Of a DNA stretch of 64,000 bases, positions 50,052-62,926 are shown piece after piece. The notes beneath the pieces are model-generated. The model was given only the letters and a program-made list of their open reading frames with translations. It ran no database searches and was not told where the DNA came from. Each line of letters begins with the position of its first letter. Position 1 is the first letter of the stretch. The position numbers and the translations under genes were made by a program. Source of the DNA: Lingula anatina (lineage: Eukaryota; Animalia; Brachiopoda); the NCBI GenBank assembly GCA_051362555.1, contig CM120646.1, forward strand, positions 21,762,001-21,826,000, written 5' to 3'.

Positions 50052-50845
50052 TGTTAGCGACAGTTACTCAACTTCCCTACTTAATGAACTCTGCCAATAG
50101 CGAACGCATTCAAAACCGTAACTGAGCAGTTTTTGCGTCCAGCTGCTATATAAGCTGGACCTTTTCTACAGCAGTATGCAGTCCGGCATCAACACACTCC
50201 GACGACCGCAGCTTGTAGCAACGACCGGCGGCTCGACAGCAGCGGTTCTCTCTAGCGCCTCGCACCGGCCTACGACTCCGCGGTCACCCCGGCGGCTCGA
50301 CAGCAGCGGTTCTCTCCAGCGCCTCGCACCGGCCAACAACTCCGCGGTCACCCCGGAGGCTCGACAGCAGCGGTTCTCTCCAGCGCCTCGCACCGGCCAA
50401 CGACTCCGCGGTCACCCCGGCGACTGGACAGCAGCGGTTCTCTCCAGCGCCTCGCACCGGCCTACGACTCCGCGGTCACCCCAGCGGCTCGACAGCAGCG
50501 GTTCTCTCCTTGGCCTCGCACCGGCCTACGACTCCGCGGTCACCCCAGCGGCTCGACAGCGGTCTACTCCTGCGCCACTCATCTGCCCAAGACTCGACGG
50601 TCACCCCGGCGGCTCGATATCGGTCTACTCGACTCCTGCGCCACTCATCTGCCCACGACCCAACAGTCATCCCGGCGGCTTACGACAGTGGTATCTCTCG
50701 ATAGCAGTCCAACCGACAGCGATCCATTTCGATTTGATTTAATTTTATTTTCATTCAATTTTTGTAACCATTTATTCGCTATTAAATTATTTATTTATTT
50801 ATTTTCTTCGTTCTTGTTGCTTCTATCACCGTCTCGTCCGCAACA
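50052..50845 (+). repeat. 3' LTR (794 bp, 5 x 64-bp units)
   Basis: Length difference from the 5' LTR is 314 bp = 5 x 64 minus a 6-bp indel. Confidence 0.96.
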
Positions 50846-51855
50846 CCTGTGATAGTCAATTAAATTATTTCAGGTTACAATTTTGATTGGGATAATGGCA
50901 TTGTATCAGAGTTTATCAGATTCACTATTTCTTGCATGTATGCAATAGTCTGTTGCGCTTTTTGGTAAATCATTAATGTACGCGCTAGTAGTGCAAAAAG
51001 GCGACCCATCCTAATCCCTGTGGAGTTTAAAACTGTTCAATTTCTACACATAAGCTGGAAACATACCTGTACAAGCTTTCGTCCCATTACACTTGGGACT
51101 CCATCAGTCACACTGAAGGTATGTGACAGTGTACAGTGAACAGTCTAGTGAGAACTGCTCACTATAACACTGTACCAGGTAGCCTCTTTGTAAACATAAA
51201 TAAAAAATCATTGAAGCTTTCAGTGCAGCATGAAAATGAGCTTGATGACAAATGGGGCAAGTCCTGGATACCTAATAGAATGATATTTACTACATTCAAC
51301 ACTTCATGTTATGGTCTTTTATCTGAAGCATGTAATTAATTTGAATGGCCGTGAAATGTTCAATATGCCCAATCTGATGAGTGCTCACATGGTTTAGATT
51401 GAGAGCACTGTCCTCAGGGCCTCCATCAAATTTAATATTTTAAATAATAAAACCATTTTTCTGTATAGAGTGTCTGTATATTTGCCAGCTTTGCTGTCTA
51501 GTTTAGATGTTACCAGTGAATCTGTTCTTGTTGACACTTTGTTATTCAGGTAATAGGTGCTGAAATTCTTGGGTTGCCTGTTTGGAAATCGATGGGCAAT
51601 TTCCTAAATTTTTCAGTAACTCTAAGATTGTTATTTTTTCCCCATCATTCTTATTGGTGTCCTATGCAGGGTTATGTAGCAGGTGCAGTTATAAAAACAC
51701 AGGGTTTTTCCGTCCCTAGTGTTTTGTTTTAACCAAGTTACATGTACATTATCTGTATTGTAATTTTGCCAGTTTTAGCTGGTTTTTTTTATCCCAAATC
51801 TTAAGTATAAAAAACAACATTCTTTATAGAAAAACAAATACCCATTTACTTTTAG

Positions 51856-51968
51856 CAACAAATTTTGCCTGGTGGGTGCTGCTACTTATTGTTGTTGGAG
51901 GTATAGCATTTATAACAGCAATCATTGGGATGATTATATGGCTTCACAAAAGAAGAGGAAGTGGCTAG
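51856..51968 (+). CDS. Ig-superfamily protein exon 4: transmembrane helix plus short tail (TTNFAWWVLLLIVVGGIAFITAIIGMIIWLHKRRGSG*)
   Basis: Acceptor TTTACTTTTAG; phase 1 matches exon 3; ~23 hydrophobic residues followed by a KRR stop-transfer; not in the ORF track. Confidence 0.78.
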
Positions 51969-52160
51969 GATTTGTAAGAATTGAAGAATGTGGTTACCTT
52001 ACTACAGTAACTGCTTAAGATGTGCGGTTTTGATGGAGGATATTGCTGTGGATATACCTATAAAACACATTAGTTTATGGTGAAGATGACACACATGTAA
52101 ATCAAAGGCAGTAATCTACCAAGATTTTCTCAATTTCTTACATTACTCAATATTGTTAAT

Positions 52161-55100
52161 TTTTTATGTACAGACACAGATGTGTCTGTACATATAGCCA
52201 TCATCTGCGTCTGTCGGCGCCGTCGTCGCCGTCGTGCACTTTTACCGATAACACAATAAGTGGAACACCGTTTTTGCTTTTGGCTTGAAACTTACAGAAC
52301 TGGTGAATATTCCTAATACGCAGGTCAAGTTCGAAAATCAGCATGATCGGGCCATTTTTAGGGAAGTTATGCTGTTTTTTCACTTTTTTCAGCATATATG
52401 CAGCACCGATAACACGATAAGTGGAAAACCATTTTTATTTTTTGGCTTGAAACTTACAAAACTGATGAATATTCATAATCCGCAGGTCAAGTTCGAAAAT
52501 CAGCATGATCGGGTCATTTTTAGGGAAGTTACGCTGTTTTTTCACTTTTGTCAGCATATATGCAACAACGATAACACGATAAGTGAAATAACATTTTACC
52601 TTTTGGCTTGAAACTAACAGAACTGATGGATATTCATAATACGCAGGTCAAGTTCCAAAATCAGCATGATCGGGCCTTTATTTTAGAAGTTATGCTGTTT
52701 TTTCACATTTCCTCAGATTCAATTATTAGGCATGTTAACAGTCTCATTATTTAACTAATAAGATACGTAAAAGTGTTTGTTTGATATTTCCTGCATCTTT
52801 ACAACATTGTTAATTGATTGTGTAAAAATGATGGTAAACTTGTTATCGTGTATTGTGTAATAAAGTGTCAAAAGTGGTAATAAACTCATCATTGCAGTTT
52901 GTCAGATTCAATCATCCACTATGTTCAGAATCTCAGAATGGAGGAAATAGGACATTAAACACTGTTCTATTGATATTTTTCCCATCTCATCAATTTTCTT
53001 AGTTGGTCATATGAAAATGGCAACAAACTGTTTATTTTGTTTTATGTTAAAAAAATGTTAAAAATGGAAATAAACCCATTTCAGAACAGTGCTGTCTTGT
53101 TAGTACCACCAGCGTGTACTCATGGTTTTAGTCCTGACCCGTATTGTACGGCTCCGCCGGCTCCGCAGGGTGGCGTGGGATACAAGTCACCGTTACCGCT
53201 TCTCCTCCTAGACTGCATGGGCCTGTGTCCCCATCTCTTGGATTTAGGTCACATATAATCTCAACTTGAACCCCCTGGTTTTTTTGTCTTGATCGGTGCA
53301 ATTGCCTGGGCGTGACGCTCGTTGAAATGCACCCTTGTCAAAATTTTTGAAAATTCAATGCTATATATCTCCCAAACTGAAGGAATTATGGGAAAAATTA
53401 ATATAGAAGTCTGACCAAAAGTCACATATGAGGATTCCAAATATGCCCTTGGATTTGACCTTTGACCTTTATTTCAAGGTCAAACAGGCCAAAATTTTCA
53501 AAAAAAGGGAATTTTTTACGAAAAAAAAATTATTTGTGCTGATATTCAGAAACTACGCAGACCTAACCTCTAATATTTTTGGTAGTTGTTACTCTTCAGG
53601 TTATCTTTCATCTCTGTGAGTTTCGAGTCAATCGATGCATTTTCACGGGAGCAGCGGCCATTAGATGCTGAAACATAAAACTCTCTCTAATTCTGGAGTC
53701 ATTAATGCTAGAGACCTCTTGTTTTTTGCATTTGATAGAGCATGTCAAGCCCAACACTGGGGGTGGTCTCCGTTTTTTTGTTTTCCATACGGTTCACGTG
53801 TTATGCTGTATCAAAAAGTACATTCCTACTTTTCACCATTAACTGAAGTTTGAAAATTTTTAGTCTCTTAAATCTCCAAAACTAGAAGAGTTGGGTCAAT
53901 AGTTACTATTGAAGTTGAATAGGAAGTCATATACTGGGAATTTAACTGTGACCTTGAAATTGACCTTTGACCTACTTTTCACCATGGACTGAACTTTGCA
54001 ACTTTTTTCAGTGCTTATACTTTCAAAACTGGCAAAGATATGCCCATAGTTAGTACCACCAGTGTGTAAGCTGGGGGTATTCGTGGTTTTAGTACCAACC
54101 CATATCGTACGGCTCCGCAGGGTGGCGTGGGATAAAAGGCACCATTACCAATTATCCTCCTAGATCGCAAAAAAGGGAATTTCTGCAAAAAGATAATTGT
54201 TTGTGCCAATGTTCAGAAACTAAGCAGACCTTAGCTCTCATATTATACAATTGCAGACTGCTTTAATGTGTGGAAGTTCGGGGTTAATCGGTGCATTTTC
54301 ATGGGAAAAGCAGCCATTAGATGCCAAAACTGAAAATTCTCCCTAATTCTGGAACAGTTAATGCTACAGACGTCTTACTATCCTTACTAGCCTTACAGTT
54401 ACTATCCCTTTAAGCTGGTTCGATTAGGTGGATAAAAGGCAACACAGCTAAACCTGAAAATGAATAAACATTAAATATTGTTTCCATTACAGTATGTAAA
54501 TACCTTTGATTGAAAGTCCTACATTTACAAAAAAAAAAAAAAACCACCTTGTTTACTACATTTCCTGCAGCTTGTCACCCACAACCATACAGGTGGGGCC
54601 CCACTTTCTTTTTCTTTCCCATACAAATGCGCTTACCCCAGCTGGTGGTACAATATCAGGAGGCGGTATCGCCTCTCTGATCCTCTAGTTTACATTTTGG
54701 CATTTTCAAGATGTGACTTTGAAGTTCCATGGGCCTGAAGACCTTTGCTAGTCACATTTTCTGAATATCTGTGATACTAATATTTTATAATTAAAAATTG
54801 ATGGTCATTATGCTGTTAAACATTATGTAATATTGCATCAAAATTTGAAGAAACCCCTATTTTGGACACTGCTCCCATGATGACCATTTAAGGAAAATCA
54901 TGTCACTTACTGTTCTCATACTTACAGGAAAGAAACATGGGACTAAAATATAGGTTCAGTAGGCAATGCAGTCTGTTTGGTAATTTTTTCTGGCAGTTAA
55001 ACAGTTTTTTGTGAAAATTTAATTTTCACATGTTGGCATTTTCAAGGTGTGACTTTGAAGTTCCATGATCCTGAAGACCTTTGCTTGTCACGTTTTCTGA

Positions 55101-57629
55101 ATGTCCATGTTACTAATATTTTATTAATAACATTTGATGGTTATTATGCTGTTAAACATTATGTAACGTTGCATCAAAATTTGAAGAAACCCCTATTTTG
55201 GGCACTGCTCCCATGATGACCATTTAAGAAAAACCATGTCACTTACTGTTCTCAAACTTACAGGAAAGAAACATGGGGCTAAAATACAGCTTCAGTAGGC
55301 AATGCAGTCTGTTTGGTAATTTTTTCTGGCAGTTAAACAGTTTTTTGTGAAAATTTAATTTTTCACATATTGGCATTTTCAAGGTGTGACTTTGAAGTTC
55401 CATGAGCCTGCAGACCTTCGCTAATCACATTTTCTGAATATCCATGATACTAATATTTTATGATTAAAAATTGATGGTCATTATGCTGTTAAACATTATG
55501 TAATATTGCATCAAAATTTGAAGAAACCCCTATTTTGGGCACTGCTCCCATGATGACCATTTAAGAAAAACCATGTCACTTACTGTTCTCAAACTTACAG
55601 GAAAGAAACATGGGGCTAAAATACAGCTTCAGTAGGCAATGCAGTCTGTTTGGTAATTTTTTCTGGCAGTTAAACAGTTTTTTTGTGAAAATTTAATTTT
55701 TCACATATTGGCATTTTCAAGGTGTGACTTTGAAGTTCCATGAGCCTGCAGACCTTTGCTAGTCACGTTTTCTGTATGTCCATGTTACTAATATTCTATT
55801 ATTAAAAATTGATGGTCATTATGCTGTTAAGCATTATGTAACATTGCATCAAAATAGAAGAAAACACAATTTTTGGTGCTGCTGCTATGATGAGCATTAT
55901 GGGAAAACCCGTGTTATGACTGTCAAACCTTTAAAAAAGAAACACAGGACTAAAATGCAGAATGAGTTGGAAAAGCAGTCTAATTGGCTTCTTTTTCTGG
56001 AAGAAATACATTTGAGTGAAATATTCATTATCTTTTTGGCATATTCATTGTGGGACTCGGAGCTCCCATGGACATGAAGCCGAATGGTAATCAAATTTTC
56101 TACATTTCCATGCTATTTATTGTCAATAATCAAAGATTGGTGATAATTATTCTATAATTTATTATGTAATGTTACATCAAAATTGACAACAATATTTTTG
56201 CATTGCTACTGCAAACATTATGAAAAGAAAACTGTGTTACTTATTATTATTTTTAACTTACAAGTATGATTTTTAGGATTGGCATGCAGTTCAAATTAGA
56301 AAGCCAGGTCAATTGGGTTATCATTTATTATTGAATTTATGCAATTTTGTGTGAAATTTTCATTTTTCTCATTCTGGCACTTTCTAAGTATAAACTTAAA
56401 CTCTGATGGGCCTGAAGCCTTATGCTTTTACTTTCGTCGTTGTTACCTGTTGTGCATAATTAAAATTTGATGTTGACTGTGCAGTAAAACAATGTATTAT
56501 TGCATCAGAATTGGTAGTCTCCTATTTTGTGCATTATTGTTTTGTGCTTTTCTTAAGATGTGACTTATGGGCCTGAAAGACCTTTGAGAGGGTCAGTCTG
56601 TTAATATCCCTTGGGTATCACTTAGCTAATTTCTGAGTTATAAAGTCATTTGCTTAATCGATAGGCCATTAAAGGAGATTACATAAAGCACACTTGTTGA
56701 TATTTCCTTGTAAACTCCCAAAAGTTAAGCTCTCTGCTAGATTAATAATAAGGAAGCAGTGATAATTATGCAGGTTATTATATATATATCAAAGATTAAA
56801 AGTTTGAATAGCAGCTTCATTGAAATTATATTTACCTCAGGCTCTGCCTAGGAGGTTATATTTTCACCCCTGTTTGTCTGTCATCAACATACAGGGTAAC
56901 TCAAAAAGTTATGGACCGATTTTGCTGAAATTTTCAGGAACTGTCAGAATTGGGCCAAAGAGGACAATGATTAGTTTTTAGTGGTGGTCTGGCTCAATAA
57001 TCAATCAATAATCAACAATAATCAACAATTGCTGCCTTGGCAGAGGTCTGCACTCTCGGTGGTTTTCTAGTTTTGTTATGTTTTCCTTTACAATTTTTTC
57101 TCAAACACTTGCATTTGTGACTTTTAACTCTCATCCGCTCGAGGCTCTGCACATTTTCTGTATTTCCACATAAGCAATTGTATTGTTTTTTATGTCTTTA
57201 AACATTATATAAAATTATTTTATGCACTGTCATCATTTTTCAAATATTGAGACTTTCATCATGTGACTATAGTCTCTAATGGTCCTGAAACTGTAATCTT
57301 ATTGAAGGGGTGGATTGAGACCATCTTCTGGGTCTTCTTGAAGACAGGTTATTAAGTTTATATTGACTGGTATCTATTTTTTTCTGTTGGAAGACCATCA
57401 AAATGGAGGATGGATCAACATAGATACTTTGGAATACTGTCAGAAAATATCTCAGGGTCCGCTCCTGTTATTGACCATGTTACCTGTTGTGCATGATTAA
57501 AATTCAGTGTTGACTGACAGTGCTATTATAGCATTATTTATTATTGCATCAAAATTGACAAAATGACCTTTTTTTGCATCTTTATTTTCTGTTTTTTGTC
57601 TGTACATTTGACAGCTTTGCTGCCTTGTT
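52161..57629 (+). mobile_element. Full-length HINE-1 copy (inverse of the 26554-30906 type), ~190 bp after the Ig gene stop codon
   Basis: Both termini in T-runs; 161- and 337-bp arrays; embedded HINE-3 and MITE. Confidence 0.85.
53101..54689 (+). mobile_element. HINE-2 composite inserted in a T-run of HINE-1 (second 5' end at ~54051)
   Basis: Host GCTGTCTTGT|TTACATTTTGGC is restored on removal; termini TAGTACCACCAGC and CTCTAGTT. Confidence 0.8.
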
Positions 57630-58316
57630 TTTTCAATGTAAGGTTTTCAAGATTTGATCCTTGTACTAGTGCTGTGTATGTTTCGTCATTCATATGTATG
57701 TCCTAGAAAGCTGATTTTCTAATGATGAGTTAGAACACCAATATACATGTAATCATGTTTTTAATTCATTAAGTTAAGGAAGTATTAAAGTGCAAAGTAT
57801 CTGTATAGGTGCATATAAAAAGAACACTCCATTTTGAACAGTGTTTTTGAATGACAGTATCACAAACAGATGGATAGTCACGTGTATAACCAGCAGTTAC
57901 TTGATATGAAATTTGACCTATCATGATCAATGTTACAATATTGCAAATGAAGATAAAAAAGAGTGGAAATCATTTCAGCATTTTTTAGGAGGGGGGAGAG
58001 ATGTCTAAGAACACAAATTTGCAATAAGAATTCATACTTTTATTACATCCACTTATGAGTTAATTGACAAACTTACGTAAAAAAAAAAGATGGGTAAAAA
58101 ATTTAGACCATATCCCCTTGACTCATTTTAAGTGTTCAGACAGCACATTCCATAATTAAAAAAAAAATGATGCATAGACTTTAAAACCACATAAAACGAT
58201 CTTAGATTTCCATACTTGTCTACAATAAAGCAAAAAACAAACAAAAAAAAATACATCAGAATTAGTTATAGTATTTAAAATGAATGCTGTTAAGTTTCCA
58301 TGGGTCCCATAGAGTT

Positions 58317-59003
58317 AATAAAACAGAGAGAGAGCCTGGTTGGGTAATACCTGGTAGCAGTATTCTCTGACCCTAAGTTATTTATTTATTATTATTTTTC
58401 CTTTGAAGTTGTAAAGCACAATTAAAACATAGGCTTTTTTTTTTAGTGATTCTAAAGCAAATTCTTTTTTCCCTTTTTTGTCTAAAAATGGTGTTATGTG
58501 TCATGTTGATTATAAGAAAATAAAATGTGGATACCATAGTATTGAACTCAAAGTAAATGTTTTGATTCATACAGTTGCATTTTAATTAGGATAATGACCT
58601 TGAGTTTGACTTTTGACCTTCTTTTTATCATGAACTGGACTTTGCATTTTACCAGACTCTATTTCTCCACAACTAAAAGAGATTTGCCCAAAGCTACCAT
58701 TGAACTTGAATGGGGGTTAATAAACCTGGGTTGGGCAATACCTGATGGCAGTATTCTCTGACCCTGAAGTTATTTATTTATTATTATTTCAGGGTGTCAG
58801 TTTCCTATGTTTTGCTATTTTTTGGAGATCTTTCTATTTTATAGAAACTTTTTTTTTTTTTTTTTGTATTTTTCCTCTTTTTTTGTCTAAAAATGGTGTT
58901 GTATGTCAAGTCATGATGATTATTTGAAAATAAAATGTGGATATCATAGTATTGAACTCAAAGTGAATGTTTTGATTCATAAAGTTGCATTTTAATTAGG
59001 ATA
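58317..59003. repeat. Diverged tandem duplication (~270-bp segments about 410 bp apart)
   Basis: GCAGTATTCTCTGACCCT...CATAGTATTGAACTCAAAG...TTAATTAGGATAA occurs twice. Confidence 0.75.
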
Positions 59004-59596
59004 AGGAAAATTGTATCTTATACTGGATCTTACTTGAAACGAGCATCTCTACTAGTACACTTCAGGTAAGGTCCAATATAAGATTGAATTTTTCATTATC
59101 CTTTTAATCAGTATTGAACTGCTTATTTATGTTAGGAGATATTTGGTAAGAACATTGACTGTGCTTGGACCTACTAGTGGGATAAGAAAAATAATAACTT
59201 TTTTGTAGAAATCTCTGGAGGAATAAGTGATTTTAGAGGCGAAATAAGTGAAAAAGTTCATTTCTGATGAGAAATTTGAGCTATGAGCTTTCTTTAGGTC
59301 GGTAATTTCACCATTTTTGGAAACACATACAAAGCATGTGTACAACATACAGTAACTATATGCATGTATATACCTGTATTAAATAGGGTTGGTTGAAACA
59401 CAAATTTTTGATTAGTCATTGTTTTCTATAACAGAACATGATGCTTAACACTTATGTGACAACTGATTTACTTTCACAACAGCCATCTAAGTTGGTAAAA
59501 TGACAATTTTCATAATGGCAGACAAAAAGCCCAAACAATAGTTTCATTATCTACATTTAAAGGAGACACATTTAAAGGAGACACAGTTTGCAATAT

Positions 59597-59768
59597 TTGG
59601 GGTAGCGCTAGCAGTTTTCCCCCTTAGCCAAATCACCACTTTTTTGTCAATTTGTTATCCAAATGGTTCTAATTTGACTAAAATTAGTCAAATCAAGCCC
59701 TTTTTGTCTGGCCAATTTAAGTCAGTTTTAGCATTTGGCTAAATTGGCAAGTGTTAGTGCTACCCCAG
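59597..59768. mobile_element. 172-bp MITE with 5-bp TSD AATAT
   Basis: TIR (T/C)TGGGGTAGC(G/A)CTA(G/A)CA; internal TTAGCCAAAT/ATTTGGCTAA-like repeats. Confidence 0.72.
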
Positions 59769-59839
59769 AATATGCACTTTTTTATGTTTTTAGGGTTAAA
59801 TTTTTTCCCTTATGTTAGCACTGCTATTGTCACATTTAA

Positions 59840-60176
59840 AGGGATAATAACTCTTCGTTTTGGCCAAAAAATGAATTTTCCTGGAGTAAACAACAATTTT
59901 CCCATACTAACCGATGGTTAATGAATCCATTTTTACATTCAAAGTTAGTCCCTGTTTTTTTTCTAAAAAGTTTGGTTTTTTGTTAAAATCTCTTAAGAGA
60001 TTTTAACAGAGTATAGCCATCAATGGAGGTCACGTGATCTAAAGACAAACTCAGATAGCAGAATTATAGCTATAACTGCCATTTTTGTGGTAAAACAGAA
60101 TATATTATGTTTCTATGAGTTATTCACAATGTTTTTATTGTGAAATATAGATCTCATACGAAGAGTTATTATCGCT
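59840..60176. mobile_element. Intact 337-bp Kolobok-type MITE
   Basis: TTAA|AGGGATAATAACTCTTCGT ... ACGAAGAGTTATTATCGCT|TTAA. Confidence 0.88.
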
Positions 60177-60565
60177 TTAAGTGGAGTTTTGTTTCCTTGT
60201 TTGTTGAAAGTTAACTGTAAAGCTTGACAGAAAAGCCAGAACTAAGAGAGCATTCACGTTGAGAAAAGCAGAGGTCTAGCAAGGACGAGGCCTAGATATG
60301 ACCGACCTGCATGAAAGGAAGGCCGCGTAATCTTTTAATAGTCTCTCAATGAATGTCATTGAAATTGGATTGCTATTTGGGTAAAGTGTCTAAATGGGCA
60401 TACAAAGGAGTTTTAGATAGACATTATTCACAAAAACAGCACTTCCACAGAATCAAACCCACTCCAAGTAAACACCATCTATTTCATATTTAGTGTCTAA
60501 CAGCCGTCCAGTACATAGAAATAAAGAACTAAAAATTGCATTTACATCCTGGGATTGTAACATAC

Positions 60566-61124
60566 TGTTACGGTTTTCGTTTTTCTGCCACCAGTGTACG
60601 GTTCTCTCTTCTTTTAAATAATGAACGAAATCGCTGCCACCAACAAAACAGGTTTCTGTTTTGTAAATCTTTATTTCTAAGAACAATTTTCAAGTCAAAT
60701 GTACATGTTTCTGTATCTTTTGCTAAACACTGTCTCTGGCTATCTTGCTATACTTTTAACTTAAACAACTGCAGCTCAACTACAATAAACTTACTGGAAC
60801 TATACTGTGAAACTAACTCAAACTAGGACTATACTGGCCAACACTGCGTAGAGCAGCTGTATTTATACATTTCAAAAGTGGACGGCCTTGAATGGTTCAC
60901 TGCTACTTTGACTGGCAGCCAGAGGAAAAGTGGACGGCCTTGAATGGTTGACCGCCAACCCCTCTACTGGACACCAAAATCCCCACTTTAGTAAACTGAT
61001 ACCACTTACAAGCCATTCCAACTTAAGGTTCAAAGTTCAACAACACACTAGCCGAATGAAAACAAAAGGCTACAGCTTACTGCAGTAATTTTACCATGAA
61101 TTAAAGCTATGTAAAATCGTTACA
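60566..61124 (-). mobile_element. Solo LTR (559 bp), Gypsy-like by its 4-bp TSD
   Basis: TGTTACG...CGTTACA flanked by ATAC on both sides; TATAAATA and AATAAA on the minus strand in the expected order. Confidence 0.78.
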
Positions 61125-61959
61125 ATACATTGTGTGTCACGTGACTCAGATACAGGCAGATGAATGAATGAATGGGCAGGAAGAAGTGTTGAAAAACTGC
61201 TTAATCTACAATCTATCAGTGAAGGCCGAGTGAGCAGGCATACCACGTGACTACTCTATTTTAATAAGTCAATGCAGTCAGTGCAGTCAAAAAAATTTTT
61301 AGTGCATAAGAAGGTTATAAAGGAGAAAGGAGCATGAGGCAAAACTTGTACGAATAAAAGTAGGATTATAATAGAGAGGACAGTGGCACGTCAACAGAGG
61401 TAAATAAGACATAGAGCGTTATGAGACCTTGCACTAAGACAACATTGAATGGTGCAATGGTTAGGAAGCCCTGATAGTATTACTAGTGAAAAGTGCCCAC
61501 GCAGTGAATGAATTGTGTGCGTGCGAACTGTTTTCAGAGACAGTATAGCATAAAACTGAACGAGAAGAAAGGACAAAAAACAAAGTTAAAACCATGTTTT
61601 GGAGAATAATATATGCATCTAATGGTGCTGATTATTTAAGATAAACAGTATTAGACACCACTCTTATGTCGTCTCAACAACCATGATAGCACCCTCTCTC
61701 GGTTTGTATGCTGCTTTAAAGTTTCAAGGTTACAATATGGTCTACATGCATTTTTTGTTATTAAAAAAATAAGAAATCCAGGTGGATGATAATTACAAAA
61801 AACTTGTTTTGATTTCTTTTTAAAATTTTGTATTATATAGTTACCTTTTAAGAAGTTTAAAGAGGTTTTAATATTTACAAAGTAATTGTGATTGAATGAT
61901 AATTAAGCAATTTTCCAGAATTTTCAAACCCATTTTTACCTACTGATATAAAGTGCCTT

Positions 61960-62555
61960 CACTAGTGGGCTAGATTTGGTCTTCAAGTGCAATTTAAGTT
62001 CACAAGTGATCTTACACAATCTTCATCATTACAGCAGTAGTCTTAAAATGGACTGAATCTGCTTTTAAGATCGAAAATGATCTAACATCTACTTAAGTGG
62101 TCAAGCAGTTTCCTCCCCTCACAGTGGGGGATACCTCCCCTCACAATAGAGGACACCTCTGCTCATAATAGGAGAATGTGTTAGGGGAGACAGCTTAATT
62201 GGCTGTCAGACTAGAAATAGTCTTACTCATGTTTTAAGTGATAGATACAATACGAGTCGCCGAACTGTACGTGAAATATTACGAGTGTATTGGCGAGCCG
62301 CAGGCGAGAAATATTACGAGTATATTTTCATGTACAGCTCGGCAACGAGTGTTATATCTGGCTTAAACACGGCCACTGATTGGCTACTACACTAGTAGTG
62401 GAACAGACGGTGGAACGCACTCGTACATGACGTGCTTGTCTGTCGAATACAGCATGGCCGAGTCTTTTGTTCTACGTGCTAGCCGTGGTTTAAGATCATG
62501 TAAGACTATTTGTGTTCTTAAATTGCACTTTAAGACTAAATTAAACCCACTAGTG
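61960..62555. mobile_element. CACTA/EnSpm-type non-autonomous element
   Basis: Termini CACTAGTGGG / CCCACTAGTG, ~65-bp imperfect TIRs, 3-bp TSD CTT. Confidence 0.72.
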
Positions 62556-62926
62556 CTTGGCACTGTTAAAGTCACAAAAATTATCTGTAGAATTATATAT
62601 TCCAAATGTAATATAATTATTGTGAAAATGGTATCCAGAGTAAGTAGATGAATGTGTGTATTTTTCAGTATTGCTTATTACATTCTAACAAATCTGTAAC
62701 AAGCGTGACAGATACAAAAGAAGGTATGAAATCTTAGAAATCATCATATTCAGTCTATAACCAAAAATATATACCTTGTCTTATGCTGTGATTTATGAGA
62801 CTGACCACATATTATATAATATTGAAATGTAATATGGCTTACTGATTTGAACATTCAGAAAATGATTATGTGCATGAGTACAGTAAGTGTAAGATATAGT
62901 TTAGTCTTGGGTGTCTTTCATGATAA

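Larger units (their letters stand above)
45789..50845 (+). mobile_element. BEL/Pao family B retrotransposon with both LTRs, lacking RNase H and integrase
   Basis: TSD CCTGT at 45784-45788 and 50846-50850; TG...CA LTRs; PBS; PPT GCGAGGGGGTA at 50041-50051. Confidence 0.97.
40503..51503 (+). mobile_element. HINE-1-related element spanning most of intron 3, with nested insertions
   Basis: 5' TTTATGTACAGACACAGAAGTGCCTGTACAT at 40503; 3' TGTCTGTATATTTGCCAGCTTTGCTGTCTAGTT at 51471-51503; pairing of the two ends is inferred. Confidence 0.62.

Noticed and set aside
59840-60176. Link between the 337-bp MITE and the 337-bp satellite monomer
   Set aside because: Same length but no visible sequence similarity; coincidence
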